NCBI GenBank assembly: GCA_951406725.2
Contig: OX597815.1
Location: 8,432,001 to 8,496,000 of the forward strand
Source of the DNA: Octopus vulgaris
Lineage: Eukaryota
DNA: 64,000 nt
Reading direction: 5' to 3'
Position numbers and translations under genes: made by a program. Positions 13,670 to 26,659 of the stretch are shown in pieces. The notes below the pieces were generated by a model that worked only from the letters and a program-made list of their open reading frames with translations, had not been told where the DNA came from and did no database searches. Numbering within the stretch: position 1 is the stretch's first letter; each line of letters starts with the position of its first letter.

Positions 13670-14207
13670 GTATTACTCGTCCACTTTCGACTATCATCGT
13701 TGTCCTCCTTTACTAAACTTATGCTTTCTGTTCCTTCTTTTACTCTTTTTGCGACGAAATATAGTGTACTTTCAGCACTATACACTCATCAATATTCTAC
13801 ACATGCTCAATTCTGCTCCTGTTTTGCAAAGTCAAGACATTCATACCTACCTACACATGTCTCTTTCAATTAATTATGAAGGGGAAACAAAATTACCAAA
13901 GGGGAAATTAAAACGAGGCATAGTCAAGAAAAAACAAGCTCTATCTGTTCCATCTTACCTTGGAATTTAATAGCCTCACAGACATCATTGTCAACGTTTA
14001 AGGACTCGACAGCAGCAACAACAACACGAAGATCAAAGCTTACAGAAACAATGACTGCAACTGACAACGTGCTTTGGACGACTGAGACCAAGGACGATAA
14101 CTCTCGAGTGAGAGCGGTGTATTGTCTCCCTTTGGGAAAGAAATACGTCAGTGCTGCGAGAGTACTTGCCCGGTTGTCTTTAACGAATAAATTCCTCTGA
14201 TGCCTTA

Positions 14208-14992
14208 GAAATACCTATTTCTTTACTACCCACAAGTGGCTAAACACACAGAGGGGACAAACAAGGACAGACAAACGGATTAAATCGATTACATCGACCC
14301 CAGTGCGTAACTGGTACTTATTTAATCGACCCCGAAAGGATGAAAGGCAAAGTCGACCTCGGCGGAATTTGAACTCAGAACGTAACGGCAGACGAAATGC
14401 CTATTTCTTTATTACCCACAAGGGGCTAAACACAGAGGGGACAAACAAGGACAGACAAACGGATTAAGTCGATTATATCGACCCCAGTGCGTAACTGGTA
14501 CTTATTTAATCGACTCCGAAAGGATGAAAGGCAAAGTCGACCTCGGCGGAATTTGAACTCAGAATGTAACGGCAGACGAAATACCTATTTCTTTATTACC
14601 CACAAGGGGCTAAACACAGAGGGGACAAACAAGGACAGACAAACGGATTAAATCGATTACATCGACCCCAGTGCGTAACTGGTACTTATTTAATCGACCC
14701 CGAAAGGATGAAAGGCAAAGTCGACCTCGGCGGAATTTGAACTCAGAACGTAACGGCAGACGAAATACCAATTTCTTTATTACCCACAAGGGGCTAAACA
14801 CAGAGAGGACAGACAAACGGATTAAGTCGATTACATAGACCCCAGTGCGTAACTGGTACTTATTTAATCGACCCGAAAGGATGAAAGGCAAAGTCGACCT
14901 CGGCGGAATTTGAACTCAGAACGTAACGGCAGACGAAATATGGCTATGCATTTCGTCCGGCGCGCTAACGTTTCTGCCAGATCGCTGCCTTA
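14208..14992 (-). mobile_element. Tandem array of SINE family D (4 units; tRNA head only on the rightmost)
   Basis: ~188 bp periodicity with the same junction. Confidence 0.9.
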
Positions 14993-15070
14993 TGATTCGT
15001 TAGAAATAACGTTGCTGGCCTGGAGCAGATCAAACTCTGATTTTTATTTTATTTATTTAGTCTTTTTTTT

Positions 15071-15376
15071 ATCTTTTCCTTTTGAACAGCACTTTTCAAC
15101 ATAATTTCTAGTTATCTAAACACTTTTAAACTTCGTATACTGGTAGAATGTGTCAAAATTAAACATTTTTTTCTCTTGGCTTTCTTGAGAAAATTGTAAT
15201 TTGTTTGTTTAATGTAGTTTAAATTTTCGAATTTTAACCAATCCTATTCCTGCTATTTAGCTAAAATCATTTGTTGCGTCTAAAACTGAGACAACATCCT
15301 GTCACTAACCCTTCTACCAGTATACGAAATTTAAAAGTGTTTAGTTAACTAGAAATTGTGTTCAAAAGGGAAAGAT
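15071..15376. mobile_element. MITE with long TIRs
   Basis: aatttctagttatctaaacacttttaaacttcgtatactggtagaa versus ttctaccagtatacgaaatttaaaagtgtttagttaactagaaatt. Confidence 0.7.
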
Positions 15377-15839
15377 CCTTTTTTTTGTTTTCTGGCTACA
15401 TTGCACTGCATTGTCACTAAAGTCCGAAAGTGAAGCGAGTTAACCTGACAGAGAAAGTCATTTACTAAAAATTCTGGAAATTCTATCAAAACTGCAAGAA
15501 CTGTTTTCTTTGAAACTGAAAATTTATTTTGAGACATAGAACAAAACCAACATAAAAGAACACATCCATGCATGCATGGTGGATCTAGGTTAGAAACCAG
15601 TTCTTTCTCTGTTGTCAAGGAATCTTGAAATAAACTGAATAATGACACACATATTTTCGCTGGTGGCATTAATGGTCCGAATATTCGTCCAGGAGAAGAA
15701 ATCAATCATCGGATTTGAGGGATGAGCCAACGATATATATGTGTATGTCTGTGTGCGTGTGTGTGCACGCGCACTGCGTGTACATGCATTTCATACACTT
15801 TGCTAATGTGCGTGTGTGTGTGTGTGCACATGTGTAAAA

Positions 15840-16141
15840 TAATAATAATGAAATGATTGTATACAGTGCTCAGGTGCACCACAACTTGTCAAAAGTGCGT
15901 ATAAAGTACATGCAGTAATGTATCAATGTCTGGAAAGTGAACAGTGTGTGAGTCAGATACATGCTTGTGTGTGTATGGAGGGGAGAAAATCAGGTGTAGT
16001 GTTGGCGAATCTCAGGAAGCATGGAAGTTTTGAAGGATGCATTGCTCCGACAACTAACAACTGATGCCGGCAGTTTGTTCCATGCTTCAGCAACTCTTAG
16101 TGTGAAAAAATGTTTCCGAAAGTCATGCTGTTTTCTGACTT
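15840..16141 (-). mobile_element. CR1-like LINE 3' end
   Basis: RKHFFTLRVAEAWNKLP motif and (ATT)n tail; duplicates the end of 16725-17487. Confidence 0.75.
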
Positions 16142-16724
16142 TTTCCGTGTATGTAAGAGAAGGCGAGAAAGAAAAAGAAAACGAATATATTGGATAGAAA
16201 TGTCCAATACGCATGCATGCATCCATCTATCTCTATCCAAACATAATCTTTTAAGTGATATGAAATTATGACATAAAATAATATTTTTTGATGCATTTCA
16301 TAAATGATGCATTCTGTATACGAGAATGATGCCTGCAAGATTCCTGTAAATAGGTGTTAAAGAGATTACCTGATGCCCTTTGCATGGCATGATATTTTTC
16401 TTTAATTTTCCTTTACATCTCTTTTCATGTGTTTGTCCAAATGCATCACTGGGTTTAAAGGAAATGCAGACTGGTTTATCACTGAATGGTTTAGCAGCTG
16501 TTTGTAAGCATGCTGTCTAACAGTTAAAATGTAAGTCCTTGGTAATCATACAAAGCAACGATATGCAAGAGAGTGCAGGTGCTTCAATCCAAGACAGGAA
16601 CAAGAAATGTCCCATCATCCCTAGAACCATGCAGCCCTGTAACAATGGCATTGGTACTTGCAGTGCATGAATCTTGACTTGTTGATCTCAAAGACCATTT
16701 CATTTCCTCAAATCAACAGAGAAT

Positions 16725-17487
16725 AATAATAATAACAATAATGAAATTATTGTATACCGTGCTCAGGTGCACCACAACTTGTCAAAAGTGCATATAAAGA
16801 ATATGCAGTAATGTACAAATGTCTGGAAAGCGAACAGTGTATGAGTCAGATAGATGCATGCGTGTGTATAAGAGGGGAGAAAATCAGGTGTAGTGTTGGC
16901 GAATCTCAGGAAGCATGGAAGTTTTGAAGGATGCAGTGCTCCGACAACTAACAACTGATGCCGGCAGTTTGTTCCATGCTTCAGCAACTCTTAGCGTGAA
17001 AAAATGTATTAGAAAGTCATGGGAGCTGTGCTGTTTTCTGACTTTGTAAACATGTCCACGGGTGTTAGACAGGTGGAGTTTGAAAAGGTGCTCAGAGTTA
17101 TTGTTTGTAAGATGGTTAATAATTTTATGGGTGTCTGCCAAGTCAGCTGCCAGATGTCAGAGTTTCAATGTATCCATGCCCAGGGAAGTAAGGCGTTCAG
17201 GATATGGCAAATGCCTGATGGAGGGTATTCTCTTGGTTGCACATCACTGAACGGCTTCCAAATGATTAATATCCTGGGCAAGATAGGGATTCCAGACCAG
17301 TGATGCAAATTCCAGGTGAGGTCGTACCATAGCTATATAAAGCCTCAGATAGATAGCCGGAGAATGGCTCACAAAGGACTTGGTGTGTGATGCCAAGACA
17401 CCCTCAGCCTTCTTGGCAATTTTAGCAATGTGTTTTGTCCAATGCAAATCGCTGTCGACCATAACGCCCAGGTCACGTTCACAAGAA
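16725..17487 (-). mobile_element. CR1-like LINE ORF2 3' part, 5'-truncated
   Basis: ERDLGVMVDSDL..LYIAMVRPHLEFASLVWNPYL..LEAVQ, TRGH..K, FFTLRVAEAWNKLP. Confidence 0.85.
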
Positions 17488-18672
17488 GACTTATATTCAT
17501 TTCTTAAAGAATGTATTTGGATTTCATTGATTTTTTTCCTAGTTTTTTTTACTGTCCATATTACGCCAGCTTTTGGAAGCAATGTACTGAAATCTTAATT
17601 ATGTGTTTTCTCTTACAAAGCTCATCTTTGTTGACCATGACATTTTTTAAGTACTGGGACCTGATAATGTTTTGATTCTACTTTAAAAAATACATCAACA
17701 AATTGGACTCTATGGAATAATTCTGAAGTGAGGACAGTCATAAATGATTAGTTCCATTCTTAAACTGAGGGATTTTCTATTGATATTGGACTGATGGGCT
17801 TTCCCAAAACTAGATGAAGAATCTTTTGATACAATATTAGGTTTCAAATAATAGTTTCAAATTCTTACAGTGATTTTATGGATTAGTTAGAAATATTTCT
17901 GCTCAATCTTGTAATTATGAAATGCTCCACATAGGCATAGAAAACAAAAACGAAATACATCATCCAAACTCTGGCTTTGGTTTCATTAATATTCAAGGTT
18001 TCCATTGTAACTTTTTTTTTCAGTTCAGTTTTTCTTACTCTAAAACTCTCCTGATCTTTTTACTGTGTGTGAGACCAACTTTAGTTTTAGTATTTCTATT
18101 TTGAATGGCTTTGTAAATGATTGCTTCCCTTGTCATTATAAAGATTTGTCCATTATGGGAATGCTTTTGGTGTTTACATTTACAATCATCTTAATTCTTG
18201 TGAATCTAGATTTGAATTTTCTGACCATTCCTTTGTGTTTCCACTTGATCCTCTTACATTCTACCTTTTCTTCCTATATCATTCTCCATCCTCTCAACGT
18301 TGCACTCTCATTGTATTGCAGCAGACAAATTTGATCAGGTCCTTGTTACCCTTACCGTCATGTAACATCCATTTTCCATGCTAAGCATGGGTTGGGCAGC
18401 AAATATTCTACAAACATCCTGCAGCAAATATTTTAGTCCTTTGTGATTTCATTACTCCCCATGATAATTGATTTATTTTTATTGTGACAAGCAAACCGTT
18501 ATATTGTGCTTTAGATAATTGTTTCGGAAGCAAATATTGTTACTTTCAACATACTGAAAGCATTTCACAGGGTTTGCTTTGCTAATCACCTCCACTTAAA
18601 CTAAATGGAATTTCTGGGAGGATCATAATGGTTCTTGAATCTTTTCTAGATGAATGTAGCATTAAAGTTGCT

Positions 18673-18889
18673 TTAACCCTTTAGTGTTCAGATTATTCTA
18701 TCAAACATAATGCTTATTGATTCCCATTGATTTGAATTAATCATGCATTATCTCATATCTTCAAGATCTTGATGGTGTAATTACTTAATGTAGAATAACA
18801 TTGTAGGGTAGGTGTGAGAGCCTGGATCTGGTCAGTTTGAACATAAAACAGATTAAATATTTTGGCCGGTTTAAATACTAAAGGGTTAA
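18673..18889. mobile_element. piggyBac-like MITE
   Basis: TTAA-CCCTTTAGT ... ACTAAAGGG-TTAA. Confidence 0.75.
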
Positions 18890-19552
18890 ATGGCCCTCAA
18901 TCTTTTAGTTCTGTTCTTGGTTCAATCTTCATCTTAATTTATATTGTAATGGACTGTGGGCTGTGAGGTGACGAGAATGAGTCTCAGATACATCAGACAG
19001 CCCTTACAGTAAATATAGAAGAATAATTCTGTACCAGTGGCACGTAAAAAGCACCCACTACACTCATGGAGTGGTTGGTGTTAGGAAGGGCATCCAGCTG
19101 TAGAAACACTGCCAGGTCAGACTGAAGCCTGGTGCAGCCTCCTGGCTTCCCAGACCCCGGTCGAACCGTCCAACCCATGCTAGCATGGAAAACGGACGTT
19201 AAATGATGATGATGATGAGGAGGAGGAGGAGGAATACATATATGCCAGAGGGAAGAGAGAGAGACTCAACTGAATAGAATGTTTAAGAGAAGGTTTATTG
19301 ATATGTTAACAAGTGTGTCTGTGTGTGTGTCATGTATACAGAATAATAGACAGGTTGTCATGAGAGCAAAGTGCATGTGTGTATAGGCATGGATGTATGT
19401 GTGTGGCCTAAGTACATATAAGAATAGTAATGTAGTGGACAGTGAAAGAGTCTATAATGAGAAGTCAGATGAATGTTCATAGACACAGGAACGAGAAATA
19501 CCAGTTTGTAATCAATTGTACGCGGTAGTTGAAATACTGTATCAAGAAGTTG

Positions 19553-19745
19553 TGGTGAGCTGGCAGAATCGTTAGCACACCGGGTGAAATGCTTAGCGGT
19601 ATTTTGTCTGCTGTTATGTTCTGAGTTCAAATTCCGCTGAGGTCAACTCTGCCTTTCATCCTTTTGGGGTCGATTAAACAAGTACCAGTTATGCACTGGG
19701 GTCGATATAATCGACTTAATCTGTTTGTCTGTCCTTGTTTGTCCT
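19553..19745 (+). mobile_element. SINE family D, truncated copy (others at 41615-41808 and 56868-57066)
   Basis: ggcagaatcgttagcac...gagttcaaattcc...gcctttcatcc. Confidence 0.75.
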
Positions 19746-19872
19746 TGTTTGTCTTTTTCTTTTGTAACTACCAACAAACTAAGTGGTTGCTTGAAGACTG
19801 CTTTATTATTGGTTGTTTTCTATTTTGTTGGAAGTGATTCCTGTACAAATATAAGTACACATATGCATACAC

Positions 19873-19988
<116 letters not shown>

Positions 19989-20343
19989 AGATAGGGGTTG
20001 AAAATTCAACCCACCGTGGGATAATATATATCCAATATACTGCTAGATAGGTACCCAACAAAATTAATACATAGATGTTAAAAATTGTCAAACAATCAGT
20101 TCATCTATTGTATTATATGGGTAAAGGTAATAATATTACCGTAAATTAATACTACAAAATTAGAGAATGGAGAAACATACTTAAATCAGTAAAACATCAA
20201 CTATCCGATGATACTCAATCCATACTTTAATACACCATTACATATGAGTAAAGGCAATATATAAAATGAAATGAGATATACAGTAATAGTAAAAAGATAA
20301 AGAGATATAAGTAAAAAATTTCAAATAAAATATGCAAATAAAT

Positions 20344-20462
20344 CAAAACTGACAGCTGTTTCGGCAGTGAGGACAGTCATACCTCATTTAACCTATAAGC
20401 CATAAAGGCAGGTATAAATGAGGCATTAACAAGGATGCCCCACGGCCTCTTCAGAGAATTAA
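20344..20462 (-). ncRNA. Second (inverted) copy of the hammerhead ribozyme-like motif
   Basis: Reverse complement of the 22132-22250 motif in the left arm. Confidence 0.65.
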
Positions 20463-20796
20463 ATTAAATTTGTTATAATAGTGAAAAATATTATATAATC
20501 ATATACATATAAATATAAAAATATAAAAATGTAAAATATAAAAACTTATACATCATAATGCTACACTTATATAATATAATACACATTTGTACAAAAAAGG
20601 AAGGTAAACAGAACAAAATAAAACAAAATATATAACAGTGTATATATTAATATTAATAAGTACCGATATTATACATATTTGGCTAATAGTTTTTTTTATA
20701 AAAAAAAGGCTAACACATATGGAGATGAAAAATAATAATTAAATCCGTGGTACAGTTCATAAAATTCTAAAGCTATAAAAGTTAATAAAAATTACT

Positions 20797-20851
<55 letters not shown>

Positions 20852-21735
20852 TAATAAAAATAGATACAGTTAAGTTAGCACCAAGTCCATCCTTTCAAGA
20901 TCGAAATAACTATGAGTTAAGAAATGCTGACCACTAGGTAAAGAAAATTTAGATTAATTCGATTGGCTATTGGTTTGAAATTTAAATCACAAAAGAAAAT
21001 TATACGGTTGGTTAGTCAGGGAACGCCAATATTCACACACGCATCTACAGATCAATCGCACATACACACATAGTTATATGTATATACATACACTTATACA
21101 CATACATAATCACAAGCAACAACTAGCACTTAGATAAACAAAAAGGGAAGCAACTATGCTACCATTTAGTCCTTCAAAATTATAACTGTGCCTCAATAAC
21201 AAAAAAAGAACCATCCATGTATTCCATAAAATATTTAATTTAGATATAAATATATTTTTAAATATCAGTATGTTACTAATTCAGATAATTATTTCATGGG
21301 TAACTTAAAATTTATAACACCGGTTTGTTGCAGAGTAAACATACGGTTGTTAGATTTATCGTAAGTTTGTTATGATTTTAAGTACGCTAAATTATAAAAT
21401 ATAAAATATAAAATATATATTAATTTAAATATTATAAATAAGTCACTTATTAACTTAATAAATATAGTGCCATAATATACCAGTTTAGGCATTAAAGAAT
21501 AGAAGGGGAAGTATTAATGTAAACGCTTATGAGAACATCACAGAAATTTTAAATAAATTTTATATTATAAAGACTTAAGATGAAAAGAGATAAAATAAAT
21601 AAGAAGGAATAAATACGAAGGAATAAATACGGTTATACACATAATTATAAGTACAAACCAGTATATATGTATTCATATATTATTAAAATTAAATAAAAAT
21701 AAATGATAGATATGTATGTATATCTATTTTTATTA

Positions 21736-21797
<62 letters not shown>

Positions 21798-22131
21798 AGT
21801 AATTTTTATTAACTTTTATAGCTTTAGAATTTTATGAACTGTACCACGGATTTAATTATTATTTTTCATCTCCATATGTGTTAGCCTTTTTTTTATAAAA
21901 AAAACTATTAGCCAAATATGTATAATATCGGTACTTATTAATATTAATATATACACTGTTATATATTTTGTTTTATTTTGTTCTGTTTACCTTCCTTTTT
22001 TGTACAAATGTGTATTATATTATATAAGTGTAGCATTATGATGTATAAGTTTTTATATTTTACATTTTTATATTTTTATATTTATATGTATATGATTATA
22101 TAATATTTTTCACTATTATAACAAATTTAAT

Positions 22132-22250
22132 TTAATTCTCTGAAGAGGCCGTGGGGCATCCTTGTTAATGCCTCATTTATACCTGCCTTTATGGCTTATA
22201 GGTTAAATGAGGTATGACTGTCCTCACTGCCGAAACAGCTGTCAGTTTTG
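22132..22250 (+). ncRNA. Type I hammerhead ribozyme-like motif with extended stem II
   Basis: CTGAAGA (22140-22146), GGC...GCC-closed ~85 nt hairpin, GAAAC-AGCT-GTC; predicted cleavage after C22243. Stem I is weak. Confidence 0.65.
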
Positions 22251-22611
22251 ATTTATTTGCATATTTTATTTGAAATTTTTTACTTATATCTCTTTATCTT
22301 TTTACTATTACTGTATATCTCATTTCATTTTATATATTGCCTTTACTCATATGTAATGGTGTATTAAAGTATGGATTGAGTATCATCGGATAGTTGATGT
22401 TTTACTGATTTAAGTATGTTTCTCCATTCTCTAATTTTGTAGTTATATATATATATATATATATATATTAAAATTATAAATTAGGGTATCTACGAGATAG
22501 ATACCCTAATTTATAATTTTAATAATTATTACCTTTGAAGGTTATTTTTTCCATGCTGACCACTTGATAAGTTCATTATTTTATTTTTAAATTAACGATC
22601 TTATCCTTATT

Positions 22612-22646
<35 letters not shown>

Positions 22647-22684
22647 ATGTGTGTGTGTATATATACACATACATGCATACATGA

Positions 22685-23035
22685 TGGCCGTCCACTCGTG
22701 ACCGAGGAAGACCATTGCCGACCTTCAGGAACATTGTGCGCTCTAGGACTAACTTATATTTTGCATTTGCGGCTCCGTTGGTGGCTAATGAGCCCTGCTC
22801 TTGACAAGCATACACGACTGCAAACATTGCAGACCAAGCTTTCCCCATTCACTGCACGAGCCGTGCGCTTTCGCACAGCTCGCTTAAGTTCTTCATGCTG
22901 GATACGTGTTCTCTCAAAAGTGTCGATCCCCTCCTTAACCTGCTTCCTCCATCTGTGGAGATGACAGGCATTGTTCTCCCAGTCAGTGTCCTGCATATCA
23001 CAGGCCTTTAACGAGGACTTGATACAGTCCTTAAA
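22685..23035 (-). mobile_element. RTE-type LINE 3' end with one C2H2 finger
   Basis: FKDCIKSSLKAC..WENNA..WRKQVKEG..CNVCSRVCLSRAGLISHQRS. Confidence 0.7.
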
Positions 23036-23201
23036 TGCATACATACATACATACATACATACAAATGCATACATACATACATGCATGCATGCATGCATGC
23101 ATGCATGCATGCATACATACATACATACATACATACATACATACATACATACATACATACATACATACATACATACATACATACATACATACATACATAC
23201 A

Positions 23202-23251
<50 letters not shown>

Positions 23252-23260
23252 CATATATAT
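23036..23260. repeat. (CATA)n/(CATG)n/(TA)n compound microsatellite
   Basis: Directly visible. Confidence 0.95.
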
Positions 23261-23409
23261 ATTCCTAGCTACATGGTTTCGGGTTCAGTCCCACTGTGTG
23301 GCACTTTGGGTAGGTGTCTTCCGCTATAGCCCCCAAGCCGACCGGAGCTTTGTGATTGAATTCGGTAGGTGGAAGTTACTGCTGTGTGTGTATGTGTGCA
23401 TATAGCTGC

Positions 23410-24325
23410 TCAGTGCCTCTCCGAAAGAGAGAGAGAGAGGGATATCTGCAGAAACTAGGGATAGACAAGTGGTTGGTGAGAGCTGTACAAGCTGTGCTAC
23501 CAGTAAAGTGAGGGTTAGTAATGAGTACACCAACGAATTCAGGGTGCAAATAGGGGTTCACTAAGGATCAGGTCTCAGCCCTCTTGTTCATCATTGTCCT
23601 CCACGCAATAGCAAAGGAATTTAAGACAGGCTGCCCCTGGAAGCTCTTCTATGCTGATGACCTTGCTCTATAGGTGAATTTGTACTACAGAGCCGAGTGG
23701 AGGCGCAATGGCCCAGTGGTTAGTGAGCGGACTCGCGGTCATAGGATCGCGGTTTCGATTCCCAGACCGGGCGTTGTGAGTGTTTATTGAGTGAAAACAC
23801 CTAAAGCTCCATGAGGCTCCGGCAGGGGATGGTGGTGATCCCTGCTGTACTCTTTCACCACAACTTTCTCTCACTCTTACTTCCTGTTTCTGATGTACCT
23901 GTATTTCAAAGGGCCGGCCTTGTCACTCTCTGTGTCACACTGAATATCCCCGAGAACTACGTTAAGAGTACACGTGTCTGTGGAGTGCTCAGCCACTTAC
24001 ACGTTAATTTCACGAGCAGGCTGTTCCGTTGATTCGGATCAACCGGAACCCTCGTCGTCGGAACCGACGGAGTGCTTCCATACTACAGAGCCAGAGGCAG
24101 TTTCAGCCGGGCTGGTAATGAAAGGGTTAAATATAATATACGGGAACTAGAGAAGAAGTACCAGGTATGGAAGCAAGGTCTAGGATCGAAGGGCCTTAGA
24201 GTTAACCTAGCAAAAACCAAGGTCTTCGTAAATAGGAAGGCACACAAATCACAAATCCTTTCAAGTAGATGGCCTTGTTCGATCTGTAGAAAAGGCATAG
24301 GTAGAAACTCCATAAGATACACTCT
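23410..24325 (+). mobile_element. Decayed RTE RT fragment with nested MITE piece and SINE
   Basis: Similar to 31800-32270 (ttctatgctgatgaccttgc = FYADDLA; WKQGLGSKGLRVNLAKTK). Confidence 0.7.
23695..24080 (+). mobile_element. SINE family C, full length (partial copy at 26280-26530)
   Basis: 12 bp TSD tactacagagcc at 23683-23694 and 24081-24092; tRNA-like head. Confidence 0.9.
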
Positions 24326-24446
24326 CGGAGTGGTTCCAGCCATAGAAAAAACCATGCCAAGTCAGACTGGAGTCTGGTGCAGCCTTCTAGCGTGCCGGCC
24401 CCGGTGAAACCATCCAAATTCATGCCAGTATGGACAACAGACATTA

Positions 24447-24487
24447 AATGATGTTGTTGATGATGACGATGATGGCGGTGGTGGTGG

Positions 24488-24526
<39 letters not shown>

Positions 24527-24541
24527 CGATGGTGGTGGTGG

Positions 24542-24572
<31 letters not shown>

Positions 24573-24774
24573 GGTGGTGGTGGTGATGGTGATGATGATG
24601 ACGATGACGATGATGATGACGATGATAATGATGATGATGACGATGACGATGATGATGCAGATGATGATTATGATGATGCAGATGATGATGATGATGATGA
24701 TGACGATGATGATGATGATGATGTAGATGATGATGATGTAGATGATGATGATGTAGATGATGATGATGATGATG
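24447..24774. repeat. Expanded (GAT)n/(GGT)n tract from a family A tail
   Basis: Directly follows ...ggacaacagacattaaat. Confidence 0.9.
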
Positions 24775-25027
24775 AGTTTGTATACGTGCTTATTCATATG
24801 CTCTGCTCTGTATTAAGACTTGAGTGGATTTTCGTCAGATTGTTTGCCTTGAACCATTTTCTAAGATGAAAATGTGTCAGTAATTGTGTTTTGTTTTTGT
24901 ATTTTGGGATGTAACCTTCTGCTACTATCATTGTCAGATCAGAAGTTGATACGCAAGAACTATGCAGCGAGGGAGATACTACGAAGATAGAAGATGGCGT
25001 AGTCACTCCTCCACCTTGTACTATCTT

Positions 25028-25730
<703 letters not shown>

Positions 25731-26659
25731 ACATGCTCTCATACTCACTCACACTTATATGCAACTGCAACAATAAAATGGTTTCTGCTGCCACAAAAAT
25801 TGAAATTAATAAACAGTCCCTTATGGTTTTTAAAAGTCGTTTACTAACATACATAGTATGTACGAAAAACAGTAACAAAGAATAAAGTGAGAGTATAAGG
25901 TTATTATGGAAGAGGTTGCTGTGACACCAATTTACATGTATACATTTACATAAAGGATGGTGTGGGGGGTAGTCTGAACCGAAGAATCTGGTGAGGGCTG
26001 TGCTGCTCTCTTGTGAGAACCTCTTGTACTACCTTTCAGCCATATCGTTACCAAGGTTAATGCAAAAACTTTACAATCATACTGAAAGGTTTCCGTATTT
26101 TTCATTTTTTAAAGCAAACTTTTCACTTAGAAATACCGAGTCTGTTTAGCAAAGACTGTAGTCAGGAATGGATGCCTTTGTGTGTTGACCGTTTCGTAGA
26201 AAGTAATCAAGATGGGATTGCAAATGAGTTTGCCAATTCTAACTTGTGTTGTGTGCACTGCATATATTGAAGTCATTGTAAGGTCGTGAGTTCAATTCCC
26301 GGCGACGTGTCATGTCCTTGAGCAAGACACTTTATTTCACGTTGCTCCAGTCCACTCAGCTGACAAAAATGAGTAGTACCTGTATTTCAAAAGGCCAGCC
26401 TTGTCATACTCTGTGTCACTAGGGGTACACGTGTCTGTGAAGTGCTCAGTCACTTGCATCTTAATTTCACGAGCAAGCTGTTCCGTTGATCGGATCAGCT
26501 GGGACCCTCGTCGTCGTAACCGACGGAGTGTTTCTATGCTGTCTGAGACTAATTGAAATGTATTCCATCTGCCCAACTATCACAAGTAAACTGGCACTTG
26601 TAGTAGTACTTACATTGGTACATATACTAGTACGTTAACTGAGAAGGAGGTCAGATATT

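Larger units (their letters stand above)
20151..22443. repeat. Long inverted repeat (arms 20151-20866 and 21721-22443, ~850 bp spacer); probable Penelope-like pseudo-LTR structure
   Basis: The arms are reverse complements wherever checked (actacaaaattagagaatgg... / ...ccattctctaattttgtagt), differing at homopolymer/microsatellite lengths. Flanked by (TA)n tracts; each arm has a hammerhead motif. Confidence 0.9.

Noticed and set aside
23695-23775. tRNA genes at SINE heads
   Set aside because: A/B boxes are present but attached to SINE bodies with TSDs; no complete cloverleaf.
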